A stretch of DNA of 64,000 bases from the human T2T-CHM13v2.0 reference genome, Homo sapiens. The first letter of the stretch is position 1. Each line of letters opens with the position of its first letter. Both the position numbers and the translations under genes were made by a program. Shown here in pieces: positions 12,655 through 27,014 of the stretch. Under the pieces are notes generated by a model, which was given only the letters and a program-made list of their open reading frames with translations, was not told the DNA's origin and searched no databases. The DNA is taken from assembly GCF_009914755.1 (NCBI RefSeq), contig NC_060930.1. One strand, given 5' to 3'.

Positions 12655-14842
12655 TGTATTAGTTAAGATTCTCTAGAGGGAGAGAACTAATGGAATATAT
12701 ATATATATATATATATCTGTATATTCATATATATAATGGTTCTCTAGAGGGACAGAACTAATGGAATATTTATATACATATATGTAACATATATGCATAT
12801 ATAAATATATATACACGTATATATGTATACATGTGTATATATGCATATATGTACGTGTATATACATATACACGTACATATATAAACATATGTGTGGATAT
12901 ACATTTATATGCATATGTGTATATATACACAAATACATGTGTATATATACACAAATACATGTGTATATATACACATATATGTGTACATAAATATATGTAG
13001 ATATGTGTATGTGCACATGTGTATATATGTATATATGTATATATACATATATACATGCGTGTATATATACATGCATATATATACATATACATATATACAT
13101 GCGTATATATGTATACATATACATATACATATATACGTGTGTATATATGTACATATACACATATATATGTATATGTATATGTGTATATATGTATTATGTA
13201 TGTGTATATATATAATTATGTACATTTATATGCATATATGTATACATATATATGCCTATATATACATATATGTGTACATGTATGCATATATACATTACAT
13301 ATATGTATGCATATATTACATACATGTATACATATATGCATATATTACATACATGTATACATATATGCATATATAAATATATGTATACATATATGCATAT
13401 ATAAATATATGTATACATATATGCATATATAAATATATGTATACATATATGCATAAATATATGTATACATATATGCATATATAACATATGTACATATATG
13501 CATACACGTATGTATACATATATGTATGCATATATGCATATATAACACATATGTATACATATATGTATGCATATATGCATATATAACACATATGTATACA
13601 TATATGTATGCATATATGCATATATAACACATATGTATACATATATGCATATATAACATGTATACATATATGCATATATAACACATATGCGTATATGCAT
13701 ATATAACACATATGCATATATGCATATATAACACATATGCATATATATTACACATATGCATATATGCATATATATTACATATATGCATATATATACATAT
13801 ATATTACATATATGTATATATACACATATATGCATACATATATGTATATATACACATATATGCATACATATATGTATATATACACATATATGCATACATA
13901 TATGTATATATACACATATATGCATGCATATATATATACACATATATGCATGCATATATGTATATATATGCATATATATGCATGCATATATATTAACATG
14001 TATAAATATGCATATATATGCATATATATCACACATATATGTATGCATATATAACATATTTATGCATACATATATGCATATATAACATATTTATGCATAT
14101 ATATAGCATATATATGTTATATGCATATATTACATATATGTATACATATATATGCATATATAACATATGTATATATATGCATATATATTACATATATGTA
14201 TACATATATACATATATGTATACATATATGTATATATTACATATATACATATATATGCATATAACACACATACATATGCATATATATTACATATATACAT
14301 ATATATTATATATGTATGCACATATACATATATATTACATATATGCATACATATATTACATATACATGTATTACATGTATTACACATGTATGTATTACAT
14401 ATATATGCATGCATATATATGCATACATATATATGTATGCATATATATGTATATAAATGGGAGTTTATTAAGTATTAACTCACACCATCACAAAATCCCA
14501 CAATAGACCATCTGCAGGCTGAGGAGCAAGGAGAGCCAGTCCAAGTCCCAAAACTGAAGAACTTGGAGTCTGACGTTGGAGGGCAGGAAACATCCTGCCA
14601 GGGAGAAGATGTAGGCAGGAAGTGTAGGCCAGTCTCCCTTTCAACAGTTTCCTGCCTGCTTTTATTCTAGCTGAACTGGCAGCTGATTAGATATGGTGCC
14701 CACTCAGATTAAGGGTGGGTCTGCCTCTCCCAGTCCACCTACTCAAATGTTAATCTCCTTTGGCAACACCCTCACAGACACCCCAGGATCAATACTTTTA
14801 TCCTTCATCCACTGAAGTTGACATTCAGTGTTAACCATCATA
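12655..14842 (-). mobile_element. MLT2A (ERVL) solo LTR containing a large TA/CA-rich expansion
   Basis: 'tgtattagt..ttctctagaggg.agaactaatgg' at one end and 'gttgacattcagtgttaaccatca' at the other; exact 5-bp TSD cagac (12650-12654 / 14843-14847). Confidence 0.9.
12695..14455. repeat. ~1.75 kb (TA/TG/CA)-rich alternating purine-pyrimidine array with internal higher-order units
   Basis: Seen directly; for example a 30-bp unit tgcatacatatatgtatatatacacatata repeats at 13831-13920. All Tyr/Ile/Met/His/Cys-rich ORFs here are artefacts. Confidence 0.97.
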
Positions 14843-14984
14843 CAGACCATCTGAACCTCCTGGAATCACCCCCGCCTCCATCTCCTGAGTGCCTGCATAC
14901 GGTCACTCCTCTGAGCGTGGTATGAATAGGGGACAATATCCCTAAATTACCCCCAACAACGCAGCAGGGAACAAGGACAAGAAC

Positions 14985-15145
14985 ATGAGCTGTCAGTTAC
15001 ACATCTGGGGTCCACATCCCAGCCTTGCCAACTCCTAGCCACATAAAGTTAACAAGGCTACACAAGTTCTCTGAGCCTCCTTCCCTTGTGGGTAAAAAAA
15101 AATAACAAATGTCTAACTTGCTGGGGGAATGTGTCCTTGCCATAA
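14985..15145 (+). mobile_element. MIR fragment (host of the LTR12C; continues to ~16655)
   Basis: 'catcccagccttgccaactcctagc...aagttctctgagcctcc...gtaaaa' then 'ataagaacaatacacatgaaag' after the LTR. Confidence 0.55.
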
Positions 15146-16630
15146 TGAGAGGTGACAGCGTGCTGGCAGCCCTCACAGCCCTCGCTCACTCTCGGCGCCT
15201 CCTCTGCCTGGGCTCCCACTTTGGTGGCACTTGAGGAGCCCTTCAGCCCACCGCTGCACTGTGGGAGCCCCTTTCTGGGCTGGCCAAGGCCAGAGCCGGC
15301 TCCCTCAGCTTGCAGGGAGGTGGGGAGGGAGAGACGCAAGCGGGAACCAGGGCTGCCTGCGGCGCTTGTGGGCCAGCTGGAGTTCCGGGTGGGCGTGGGC
15401 TTCGCAGGCCCGCACTGGGAGCAGCTGGCTGGCCCTGCCGCCCTGCGCAATGAGGGACTTAGCACCCGGGCCAGCGGCTGCGGAGGGTGTACTGGGTCCC
15501 CCAGCAGTGCCAGACCACCTGCGCTGCGCTCGCTTTCTCGCTGGGCCTTAGCTGCCTTCTCTCAGGGCAGGCCTCGGGACTGCAGCCCGCCATGCCTGAG
15601 CCTTCCCCCGCCTCCGTGGGCTCCTGTGCAGCCCAAGCCTCCCTGAGGAGCGCTGCTCCCTGCTCCATGGGGCCCAGTCCCATCCACCACCCAAGGGCTG
15701 AAGAGTGCGAGCGCATGGCGTGGGACTGGCAGGCAGCTCCACCTGCAGCCCGGGTGCGGGATCCACTGAGTGAAGCCAGCTGGGCTCCTGAGTCTGGTGG
15801 GGACGTGGAGAACCTTTATGTCTAGCTCAGGGATTGTAAATACACCAATCGGTACTCTGTCTCTAGCTCAAGGTTTGTAAACACACCAATCAGCACCCTG
15901 TGTTTAGCTCAGGGTTTGTGAATGCACCAATCCACACTCTGTATCTAGCTGCTCTGGTGGGGCCTTGGAGAACCTTTATGTCTAGCTCAGGGATTCTAAA
16001 TACACCAATCGGTACTCTGTCTCTAGCTCAAGGTTTGTAAACACACCAATCAGCACCCTGTGTCTAGCTCAGGGTTTGTGAGTGCACCAATCCACACTCT
16101 GTATCTAGCTACTCTGGTGGGGCCTTGGAGAACATGTGTGTCCATACTCTGTATCTAACTAATCTGATGGGGAGGTGGAGAACCTTTGTATCTAGCTCAG
16201 GGATTGTAAACGCACCAATCAGCGCCCTATCAAAACAGGCCACTCGGCTCTACCAATCAGCAGGACGTGGGTGGGGCCGGATAAGAGAATAAAAGCAGGC
16301 TGCCCGAGCCAGCAGCGCCAACCCCCTCGGGTCCCCTTCCACACTGTGGAAGCTATGTTCTTTCGCTCTTTGCAATAAATCTTGCTACTGCTCACTCTTT
16401 GGATCCACGCTGCTTTTATGAGCTGTAACACTCACCGCGAAGGTCTGCAGCTTCACTCCTGAGCCAGCGAGACCACGAACCCACCAGAAGGAAGAAACTC
16501 CGAACACATCCGAACATCAGAAGGAACAAACTCCAGACGCGCCACCTTAAGAGCTGTAACACTCACCGCGAGGCTCCGCGGCTTCATTCTTGAAGTCAGT
16601 GAGACCAAGAACCCACCAATTCCAGACACA
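15146..16630 (+). mobile_element. LTR12C (ERV9) solo LTR
   Basis: TG...CA ends ('tgagaggtgacagcgtgctggc' ... 'aattccagacaca'); CpG-rich 5' part; CCAAT repeat array; 4-bp TSD ataa (15142-15145 / 16631-16634). Confidence 0.96.
15793..16300 (+). promoter_or_regulatory. ERV9 U3 enhancer/promoter: eight CCAAT (NF-Y) boxes, GATA-type tatc motifs, GC-box-like gggtggggc and AATAAA TATA-equivalent
   Basis: accaat at ~15844, 15885, 15926, 16004, 16045, 16086, 16214 and 16252; 'gagaataaaagc' at ~16285-16296; matches the known LTR12 architecture. Confidence 0.75.
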
Positions 16631-17249
16631 ATAAGAACAATACACATGAAAGGCAGGTCTGGCTTCCCTAGTTTGCTTTTCTGTCTGTCCGTGAGCCCCT
16701 GGACATGGGGTTCATGCAGCAGCGATCTCTTCCCCCATCCTGCTTACTGCCAGAGCATCTGGCTCTGTTCCCTCTGGCCTTTATAAAAGCAGCTGTAGGA
16801 AATGCTGCAGGCACCTCAGCAGGATGAGGGGGAAATGGCGTCCCCACGCACTCTAGAAATACGGCCTCAGAGCCCCAAAGTGCAAGCGACTGGAGGACCG
16901 GACATCACCATCCTAGGAGCCCAGCCTGCACCATCTTCTGATGACATTCATTTTTCTCAGACCATTTTTCACTTTCGTCTCTAGAGTAAAGTGAGCTGTG
17001 ATGTGTACTATTCTGCCTGTATTATTTAATCAGTTAATACGTTAAATAACATTTGATACATTAAATAACATTTAGTACATTAAATAAGAATTCAAGTATT
17101 CAAGTAACAACCCTAAAAATCTACCACAGACAAATCAGAGTACACCACATGAATCTACAGCAGTTCAAGTTTGAACAAAATTAATAATAAAGAAGATAGA
17201 CTTTATAAAACACAACACTTCCAAACTGTAAGCCTACTCTTCTTTCTAT

Positions 17250-17840
17250 AGTAATTTAGTATTTATTTTTATCAGAATTATAAAATGTAGAATTAGAGAT
17301 GTGTATCAAGGGGAAAATGACAATTCACTATATCTCAATTTCCAGCCATAACATTGACTAATTTAGGATTCTTCAATTTTCTCCTGTATGTTGTGTGTGC
17401 CTGCATACATACATGTTTACTTTCACAGACTATTGTAGATGGATTGTGGTTTCTTATTTTTCACTTGATATTGGATAGCTGACATCCCCCATAGTGTATG
17501 TGTATATATGTGTGTGTATATATATATATATAACCGTTACTCAATAATCAGAACTTCAGATTCTTCCTAATTTTCCCAGTTATAAATGGAGGCATAATTA
17601 ATAAAATCTTACGTTAATATTTGTCCACATTTCTGAATGTTTTCCTAGGCTAGATTCCCAGCAGTAGAAATATTGGCATAAATATTAAGAATACCTAAAT
17701 GATTTTAATACATATAACGAAATGCTTTCATAAATAAACATGAACTCTCTTAAGCAGTATATAAAAGTACTAACACAATATACCTTTATCAACTTTCATT
17801 ATATGTTTCAATCTTTGCTAATTTGATTTAGCAAAAAATG
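17250..17840 (-). mobile_element. Decayed L1ME 3' fragment
   Basis: 'tttcctaggctagattcccagcagtagaaatattgg' and 'caatctttgctaatttgat' resemble the antisense ORF2 3' end. Confidence 0.55.
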
Positions 17841-19467
17841 ATTTCTGGGGAAAGGTGGGCTATGAGTTTGATCTCCCTGCTTTCCCAGATGGAGAAGAAG
17901 AATTGAGAGATGAGACTGTTACTCCAGAGTTTAGAAGAAAGTTCTGGGATAGAGATATTCATCTTAAAGTTATCAGGAAACAGGAGAGTTGATGCCAGTT
18001 TCTGGGTAGCACACCTAGATTATATGCTAAATTGTGCTTTTAATTTATTTAAAGCTGAGCAGAAAGTGACAGAACATATAAGGAGCAGTAAAAATAATAA
18101 AAAGGGCAATGACTGTGATGTCACTGATGATGTTATCAATGATAATAACATGAGTGCCTTAGGCTTCTGGCCACCCACATGCATTTGCTCACTTAATAAT
18201 GAATCAGGCATGTTAGGTGCTATTAATATGGCTATCGAATAAACAATGAACTGTGGCTAACAAAGATTGCCCAACTTACAAGTGTTAGATGTGAAACTTG
18301 CTCTCATGTGTGTCTGAATCCAAAGTATGTGCTCTTACCAATCAAGATAGGCCGCCACTATGAAACTGCCATTGACTAGCAGAGATGTTGGGATGGAAGG
18401 GAACATGGCTTTAGACTTGTTTCCTTCAACAGGTATATTTAATAGGTTTACTGACTTATAGCTGTCATAATTCCTTTTTCCTTTATAGAAGGTGATAAAT
18501 ATTGAAATATATGTGAATTAAATATATATGAACAATATGCAAAAACATAAAATATATATGAAAATCAATATATAATATGAAGGAATATGTATGAATATAG
18601 CTTGTTTATAAACACATGTATAAATATGATCTAAGTTTTATTCATAAATTTAGAAATATTTAAAATTAAACAGTGTTTCCAGATCTGTATGATTTGTCAG
18701 CAAGAGTTACACATGTCACAGGAGAATGTGCGGTATGGCCTCAGCTCCATACATAAATGACATGTCTTTACTCACCTTGATCCCACTGCTGCATCCACAG
18801 TAATGAAGTGGAAAGAAAGCAATTACATGGATTGCTTAAGTAATTCCCATAAAAAATCCATGCAGAGTGGTTTCCAGTCTGACATGCTATAGGATTTGGA
18901 AGTCATCACTCCTATCCTTACAACAAAAACAAAGCTGAACAAACTGAAAATCAACAACTCTTCTTAGATCCATGAGAGAATGGAGGTCACAGGACAAACT
19001 GCTTCCTGAAAAACTGGAGAGACAGACAGGTGGACACAGAAAATCACAGCTAACCTGAGCAGAAGCCCACAGCTGAAACCACTTCAAAGTTTAAAGTAGG
19101 GATGCCTTAAATGGTAATTAGTAAATTGCTGAAGGCTCCATGTGAAGTAGCTTGAAAGTTAAAAATTCCAGTTTTGGGGGTGGGTTGGGGAGGAGATGAG
19201 CATACTTTCCTGAGTTTTACTTCCAGAAGCCTCCCAGGTTTTCTGGGAGGAGATCTGAGAAAAAGTCCCTGGTAGTTCTTGCTGGAGCAGAAGAAAAGTA
19301 ACTATTTTGAAATAAGCCCAGAGCTCTCTGTTCTCCTTGGAGACTTGCCCTCAAGGACAATTAGTGTACTATCGCCTAACCCACTGGGGTTTTTTATAAA
19401 ACCTAACCAGTCTGAGGGAAAGGAAATACCCAGTCAGGCTCATTAAAAGACTGAAACAAGGTAATTA

Positions 19468-19574
19468 CGAAAGGTGAAGGATATGATAATTTGCTTACTC
19501 ATAGGCATCATATCACTGTGTATATGTAGGCCAAAACATCATGTTGTACACCTTAAATACATCAAATTTTTAAA
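19468..19574 (+). mobile_element. Short L1MA-type 3' tail nested in the L1MC 5'UTR
   Basis: 'ggtgaaggatatgataatttgctt...caaaacatcatgttgtacaccttaaatacatcaaatttttaaa'; possible TSD ttaaa(a)gact. Confidence 0.6.
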
Positions 19575-21182
19575 AGACTAGAACTTAATCTTAGGAGTAT
19601 AGAAGCTTCCCTTCTCCCAACAGCTTACCTTCTCCCAACAGCTCACCTCCAAATCAATAGGGCCCCTCCACATCAATAGCATAGAAATAAAGAATTGTAG
19701 CTAAAGAACTGTTAGCATTAGACCCTATTTCATAGTCTCTAAGACACTCAATGAAAACCAGAGAGGCAAAAACAGAGACTATAGAGGAAATGTTTAACTT
19801 CTGATACCACAGTTACAGCAAACGGTAAACATAGCCTGACTCCTAGCCACATAAACCTAAATCTTACACTCAAAGCCTATCTCCTTTAATTCCTTTTACC
19901 CAGTGCATCATGCCTGTCTTGCAACAAAAACAGTCACAAGCCATGCCAAAAGGCAAAAAAAACATCAAAAAATGCAAGCCAAGAGTCAAAGCCGGCTCAG
20001 ATATGGCAGAGATTTTGGAATGATCAGACCAGAAATTCAAAATAACCATGATTAATATGATACCAATGCTAATGGAAAAGTTAATAACAACAGGCACAAA
20101 CATATGGATAATATAAACAAAAAGATGGAAACTCTAAGAAAGAATCAAAAGGAAATGTTAGAAATCAAAATCTCTGTAAAAGAAGTGGAGAATGGCTTTG
20201 ATGGCCACATCAGTAGACTGGACATGGCCAAGAAAAGAATCAGTGACCTTGAAGATATGTCAGTAGAAACTTCCCAAACTGAAATGCAAAAATAAAAGAA
20301 TGAAAAATATGGAACAGAATACCCCAAAACTGTGGGCAATTTACAGAAGGTGTAAAATACACATAACAGGAATACAAGAAGCAGAAGAAAGAAAGGAAAA
20401 TAATAAATATTTGAAGAAATAATGGTGAAGCATTTTGGAAAGTTGACAGACACCAAGCAGCAGATCCAGGGAGCTCACAGAACACCAAATAGGATGAATA
20501 CCAAAAATCTATACCTAGTCATGTCATATTCAAACTGCAGAAACTTTTTATAAAGATAAAATCTTGAAACAGGGCAGAAAAAAAAAACCACCATACTTAG
20601 GGAGGAACAAAAATCAGAATTACATAGGACTTCTCTATAGAAACCATTCAAGCAAAAAGAGAGTTGAGTGAAATATTTGAAGTGAGTTGAAAGAAAAAAA
20701 ATTTAAACATCAGCCTAGAATTCTGTATCCAGTGAAATTACAACATATAAGTGAAAGAGAAAGAAAGATGCTCTGAAAAAGAAAAAAAAAATGAAGCAGT
20801 ATATCACCAGTAGAACTTACCCTGCAAGAAATGTTAAAATAGCTTCTTAGAGAGAAGGAAATGATATAGGTCAGAAACTCAGATCTATATAAAGAAAGGA
20901 AGAACATTTCAAAAGGAATAAATGCAGGTAAAATGAGACATTTCATTTTTCTTATTCTTACTGATTGAACAGAGAATAGTTTGTTCAAAATCATTATCAC
21001 AACAATGAATTTGATGATTATAGCTTATGGGTAAGTGAAATTAATGACAGCAATGTTATAAGAGGTGGGAGGGAGAAATTGAAAATACTCTGTTATCGGG
21101 TACGTGCAGTAAACAGGAAGCACTATAGTGTTATTAAAAGTGGACTTGGATTAATTATAAATGTATATTGAAAACTCTAGAG

Positions 21183-21657
<475 letters not shown>

Positions 21658-22667
21658 TCAACTAAAACTAGAGAAGGCACAAAATCACTGGAAGTACAAT
21701 TAAAAGAAAAAAGACAATGAATAGACTGTTGCAAATATGGAGGATATTAATCCAAATATGTCAGTAATTTTTTAATGTGCATGGTTTAAGTACACCGTTA
21801 AAACACAGAGACTTTCAGAGTGGATACAAATAATAAGACCCAAGTACATATTGTCAACAAGAAACTCACTTTAAAAAGACCCAGATTGACTGAAAGTAAA
21901 AGGATGAAGAGACGTGTACCATGCTAATACAAATCAAAAGAAAGTGAGAGCAGCTGTATTGACTTCAGACAGAAAAATTCAGAGCAAGGGAAGTTATCAG
22001 AGATAGAGAGAGGCATCACATAATGGTAAAAGTGTCACATTTTCCAAGAAGACATAAAAACCCTAATGTGTATGTGGCCAGAAACAGTGTAAAAATGCAT
22101 GAGGCAAGAACAGATAGAAATGATAGAATAAACAGATACTACTATTATAGTTGGAAGCTTTAACACCCTTCTATCAGTAATGCACATATCCAACAAACAG
22201 AAAAGTTGTAAGGACATAACTGAACTGAAAGCACTGTCAGTCATCAGGACCTAACTGACTAATTACTTCACCTAACAGTTATAGAAAGCACGTTCCTCTG
22301 ACAGGGAGCATTCACCAGTAGAGATCACATTCTGGGCCAGGAGTCACATGTTAACATATTTAAAAGAATAGACATCACACAAAGTAGGCTCTCAGAGCAC
22401 AATGGAATTAAAGCAGCAATCAATAACAGAAAGATAGCTGGACAATCCAAATTATTTGGTTATTAAACAATACACTTTTGAAAAAAATCCATAGGTTAAA
22501 GATGTCTCAAAGATAATTTAAGTGTTTTGAACTAAGTGAGAATGAAAATACAACTTATCAAATTTGTGGGGATACAGCCAAAGTGGCACTTAGAGGGAAA
22601 ATTATAGCACTGGATGCATACATTAGAAGAGAAGAAAAAAAATAAACTAAGTTGTCTAAGCTTCTAT

Positions 22668-25000
22668 TGTAGTCTATTTTGTACTGCTTTAACAGAATCC
22701 CATAGATTAGATAATTTATTTTTAAAAAAGAAACTAATTTATCAGTCTTGAGGGTGGAAAAGTTTAATATCAAGGTGCTAGCATCTGGTGAGGGCCTTCT
22801 TACAGCATCATCCCATGACAGAGGCAAGAGGGAGAATAAGAGAGCAAAAGATAGAACTCAAAGCCACAGGCCCTGTTATAATCAGCATTAATCCATTTGT
22901 GAGGGTGGAGCTTCATGACATAAACATCTCCCATTAGGCCCCACCTCCCAACAGTATTGTATTGAGGATTAAGTTTGCAACATGTGCGTTTTGGGGGACT
23001 CATTTAAATCATAGCATCCCACTCCTGGCCCCCCTAAATTATATTCTCACTTGGAGAATATATGCATTCCATTTCAAAAGCCCCAAAGTTTTAACTTGTT
23101 TCAGCACCAACTCAAAAGTCCAAAGTCTCCTCTAAGTCAGATATTGGCAAGACTCAAGACACAATTCATTTTGAGGCAAATTATCTTCCAGATGTGAACC
23201 CGTGATAATAAATCCAGTTATGCACTTCCACAATACAATGGTGGGACAAGCAAAGGATAAATATCACTATTCCTAAGGGAGGAAACAGGGAAAATAAAGG
23301 AGTAACAGGGCCAAGTAAGTCCAACATCCAATAGGGAAAACAACATCAAATCTTAAAGCTCCAAAATTATCTTCCTTGACTCCATGTTCTGCCTTCTGGG
23401 CATAGTGGGACAATAATGGATCCCAAAGTCCTCAGGCAGCCCTTCCCTACGGTGTTGCTGGGCTCAGCCCATATATCAGCTCTCCTGGGTTAGTTTCTCC
23501 TGCTGCAGCTCTCTCAGGTTCAAGTTATGTGCTAGTGGCTCTGCAGCTCTGCAGTTTGCAGGTGGTCCTACTCCCATAGCTTCACTAAGCATTACCCTGA
23601 TTGGGACTCTCTGGAGTGGACCTGCCCCCGACACGTTGCTGGGCCCCAAGTCTGTCTCCAACATCCTTTGAAATCTAACTGCAAGAAGTCATGCCACCAT
23701 AGACTCTGCATTCTGTGCACCTGCAGAATTAGCATTACCTGGATGCTGCCAAGGCTTCAGTTTGTACCTTCTTGAGTGTTGGCCTAAGGCACACTTGGGC
23801 TGGCTTGATCCACAGCTGACAGACCCAAGGAGCACCACATCGGAATACAGGAAGCAGACACTTGCGGTGGTGCAGGAAAGCAAATGTTGGCGTCCAGTGG
23901 CACTTTTCTGGAAACCTTGCCTTAAGGTTCTAGTTTGCCTGGAAAATCTCTGAAACGCATTCAGGGTCATTCTTCCAGTGTCTTAATGAATAGAATCTGG
24001 TTTCCTTTTTCCCATACAAATCTCTAGCAAATGGTCTCTTGGCTACACGCTTAGTATTCTCTCCTAAACACACCATTTTATACTTTTACATGGCCAGGCT
24101 GAGAGTTTTCATAATCTTTCTGTTCTGCTTCTCTTTTAATTATAAATTTCATCTTCGCACTATCTTTTATCTCTTGGGTTTTGTTTTATTTCATTAAAAG
24201 AAGCCACGCAACATCTTAAATGCTTTGCTGCTTAGATATTTCTTCCACCAGATATCCTAGTTCATTGTTTTTAAATCCTGCCTTCCATAGAACCCTAAAG
24301 CATGGACATAATTCAGCTAAGTTCTTTGCTACTATATAACAAGAGTGGCCTTTAGTCCAGTTTCCAATACCTTGCTCCTCATTTCTGTCTGAGACGTTAT
24401 CAGAATTGCCTTTACCATCCATATTTTAACACAGATTCTGATCATAGCAACCTAAGTAATACCTAAGAAGTTTCCAACTTTCCCTACAACTATTCCCTTC
24501 TTCTGAGCCTTCAATTACCCTTAATGCTCAGATCATGGAAAAACAGGTTTTTTCTAGCATTCACTTCAAAACCATTTCAGGCTTGACTCATGACCCAGTT
24601 CCAAAGCTGCTTCCTCATTGTCAGGTATTTGTTACAGCAATAACACTACTCTCAGTACCAACTTTCTGTCTCAATTTATTTTGTGCTTCTATAACAAGAT
24701 ATCAGAGACTGGGTAACTTATAGAGAAAAGGAATTTATTTCTAACAGCTCTGAAGGCCGGGAAGTCTAATTTCAAGGTGCCAGCATCTGACAAGGCCCTT
24801 TTTGCTGTGTTGCCCCCATGGCAGAGGCCAGAGATTGAGCAAAGGCAAGAGGGAGAGGATGAGAGATTGAGCTTTCAGTCTCAGACCCATCATAACCCAA
24901 GTTAACCCTACACACCCCAATTAGGGCCACCCCCAACACTATTGCAATGGGGATTGTTTTCAACGCATGCTTTTTGGGAGGATACATTCAAACTACAGCA
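22668..25000 (-). mobile_element. MST (MaLR) LTR-internal-LTR element inserted in L1MC ORF2
   Basis: Two related LTRs (~22668-23016 and ~24667-25000) ending in 'tcatagca' / 'actacagca' flank MaLR-int sequence (ORF 24216-24422, NWTKGHSCY..AKNLAELCPC). Confidence 0.85.
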
Positions 25001-26176
25001 GCCTACATCTAAGGAAACTAGAGAAAGAAGAGCAAATTAACTTCAGTGTATGCATAAGAAAAGGAATAACCAAAATTGGAGCAGAAATCAATAAAGATGA
25101 AAATAATGGAGAAAATCAGCAAAACTAAAGGCTGATTATCTGGATAGATTAATAAAATTGATAAATTCTTAACCATCAACATTAAAAATGAAACACTAAA
25201 AACATTGGTTAAATTTCTGTATAAATTTAACAAATTGTGAACAAGATCTATGTGGGGAAAAATTTAAAAATCAAAGATTACCCCAGTAATGGAAAAATAT
25301 TCCATGTTTATGATTGGGAAAACTCAATATTTTTAAATTATTAATTCTGCCCAACCTAATATACATTCAGTGGAATCCCAATAAAAAAATTCATCACTTT
25401 ACTTTGTGGATATTTACAAATGGACTCTACAGTTTACATGGAGAGAAAAAAGAAACAGAATAACCAACATAACATTAAAAAGGAAAAATAAAGTGAGAGA
25501 ACAGACACTATCCAACTTTAAGTCTTAGCATAAAGCCTCAGTAATCAAGACAGAGTAGTCTTAATGAAGAAAAGGACAGAGATAAATAGAGAACAGAACA
25601 GAGAGCCCGGAAATATCTCCACATAAATATCCACATAATCAACTAATCTTTGACAAAGGAGCAGTCACAATTCAATGGAGAAACATTAGTCCTTCAACAA
25701 ATGGTACTAAAACAAGTGAACATCCACATGCAAAATAAATAAATCTAGACAAAATGTAAAACTAAAAACTCCTAGAAGATAAAATAGGAAAAAAGTCTAA
25801 ATGACATTTTGTTTGGCAATGAGTTTTTAAATACAACACCAAGAGCACAATCTGTGAAAGAAACAGCACTAACTTCGACTTCATTAAAATAAAAAAAACT
25901 TCTGTTCTTTAAAAGTCACTGTTAAAACGATAAGCCACAGACTGTGATAGAATATTAGCAAAACACATAATAGAGGCATTGTATCCAAAATATATAAATC
26001 ACTCTTAAAACCAAACACAGTAAAAACAATAACAAAAAAACAAACAATTAAAAGGCAGACCAAAAATTTGAACAGATACTTTACCATAGAAGATATACAG
26101 ATGGTTAATAAGAGTATGAAAACGTGCAAAATATTATACGTCATTAGGGAATTGCAAATTTAAAAAACAATGGGAA

Positions 26177-26255
26177 GCTGGGCACAGTGGCTCACGCCTG
26201 TAATACCAGCACTTTGGGAGGCCGAGACGGGTGGATCACCTGAGGTCAGGAGTTC
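26177..26255 (+). mobile_element. AluS left-arm fragment at a deletion junction
   Basis: 'gctgggcacagtggctcacgcc...gaggtcaggagttc' joins directly to downstream L1 sequence 'aatcacactcttaggcatttac'. Confidence 0.85.
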
Positions 26256-27014
26256 TAATCACACTCTTAGGCATTTACATAAATGAAAATTTATGTCCAC
26301 TCAAAAAGCTGCACAAACTGTTTATAGTAGCTTTGTTCATACTTTTCAAAATTATGAACAAAATAGCAATTAAATAATTATTAATACAAAGCAGTTGGAA
26401 TGCCCTTCCATAGGTGAAGAGCTCAGCAAACTGTGGTATATCCATAAATGGAATATTATTCAGTGATAAAAAGAAATTGTTTGGTGTTATCAAGTCAGAG
26501 AAAAGACATTTACATGCATATTGCGAAGTGACAGAAGCCCTGTGAAAAGGCTACCTACTGTATGATTCCAACTATATGACATTCTGGAAAACATAAGACT
26601 ATGGAGACAGTAAAAACATCAGTGGTGCTAGAGCTGGGGAGGAGAGAGAAACAGACGAAGCATGGGGACTCTGAAAGGCAGTGAAACTAACCTGTAAGAG
26701 ACTATCATGGTGGAGGCTGACACTATGCATTTGGCAAAATCTATAGAACCTACGACCCAGAGAGGCAACCCTAAAGTGAACTATGGACTTTAGTTAAAAA
26801 TTATTGAAGAGTACTGGTTCACCAGTGCAAAAATGTGCCACATCAATGCGAAGGTTCACAACAGGGACTGTGAGGGCAGGGAAGAAAGAGTACATGGAAA
26901 CTGTACTTGCTGCCAGATTTTTCTGTAAACCTAAAACTCCTCTAAAAAATAAAGTCTATTACTTTTTTAAAATCTATGAAGATAAAGCTAATAGAAGCCC
27001 ATATGCCTCCATCT

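Noticed and set aside
12673-14506. Many long overlapping ORFs (up to 287 aa) rich in Y/I/M/H/C
   Set aside because: They are translations of a TA/CA simple-repeat array that has few stop codons.
14680-14820. DUX4-responsive MLT2A promoter
   Set aside because: The positions where I expect the DUX-type motif read 'catccactga' and 'gattagatat', which are degenerate; activity cannot be supported.
15058-15825. CpG-island-like region with 100-164 aa ORFs suggesting a gene start
   Set aside because: It lies within or overlaps the GC-rich 5' part of the LTR12C.
15793-16260. Regularly spaced ~40-bp repeats resembling a CRISPR array
   Set aside because: These are the known ERV9 U3 enhancer repeats, the intervening sequence is not unique, and the context is eukaryotic.
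17030-17087. Small tandem duplications (also 19610-19647 and 52540-52562)
   Set aside because: These are ordinary slippage duplications with no further structure.
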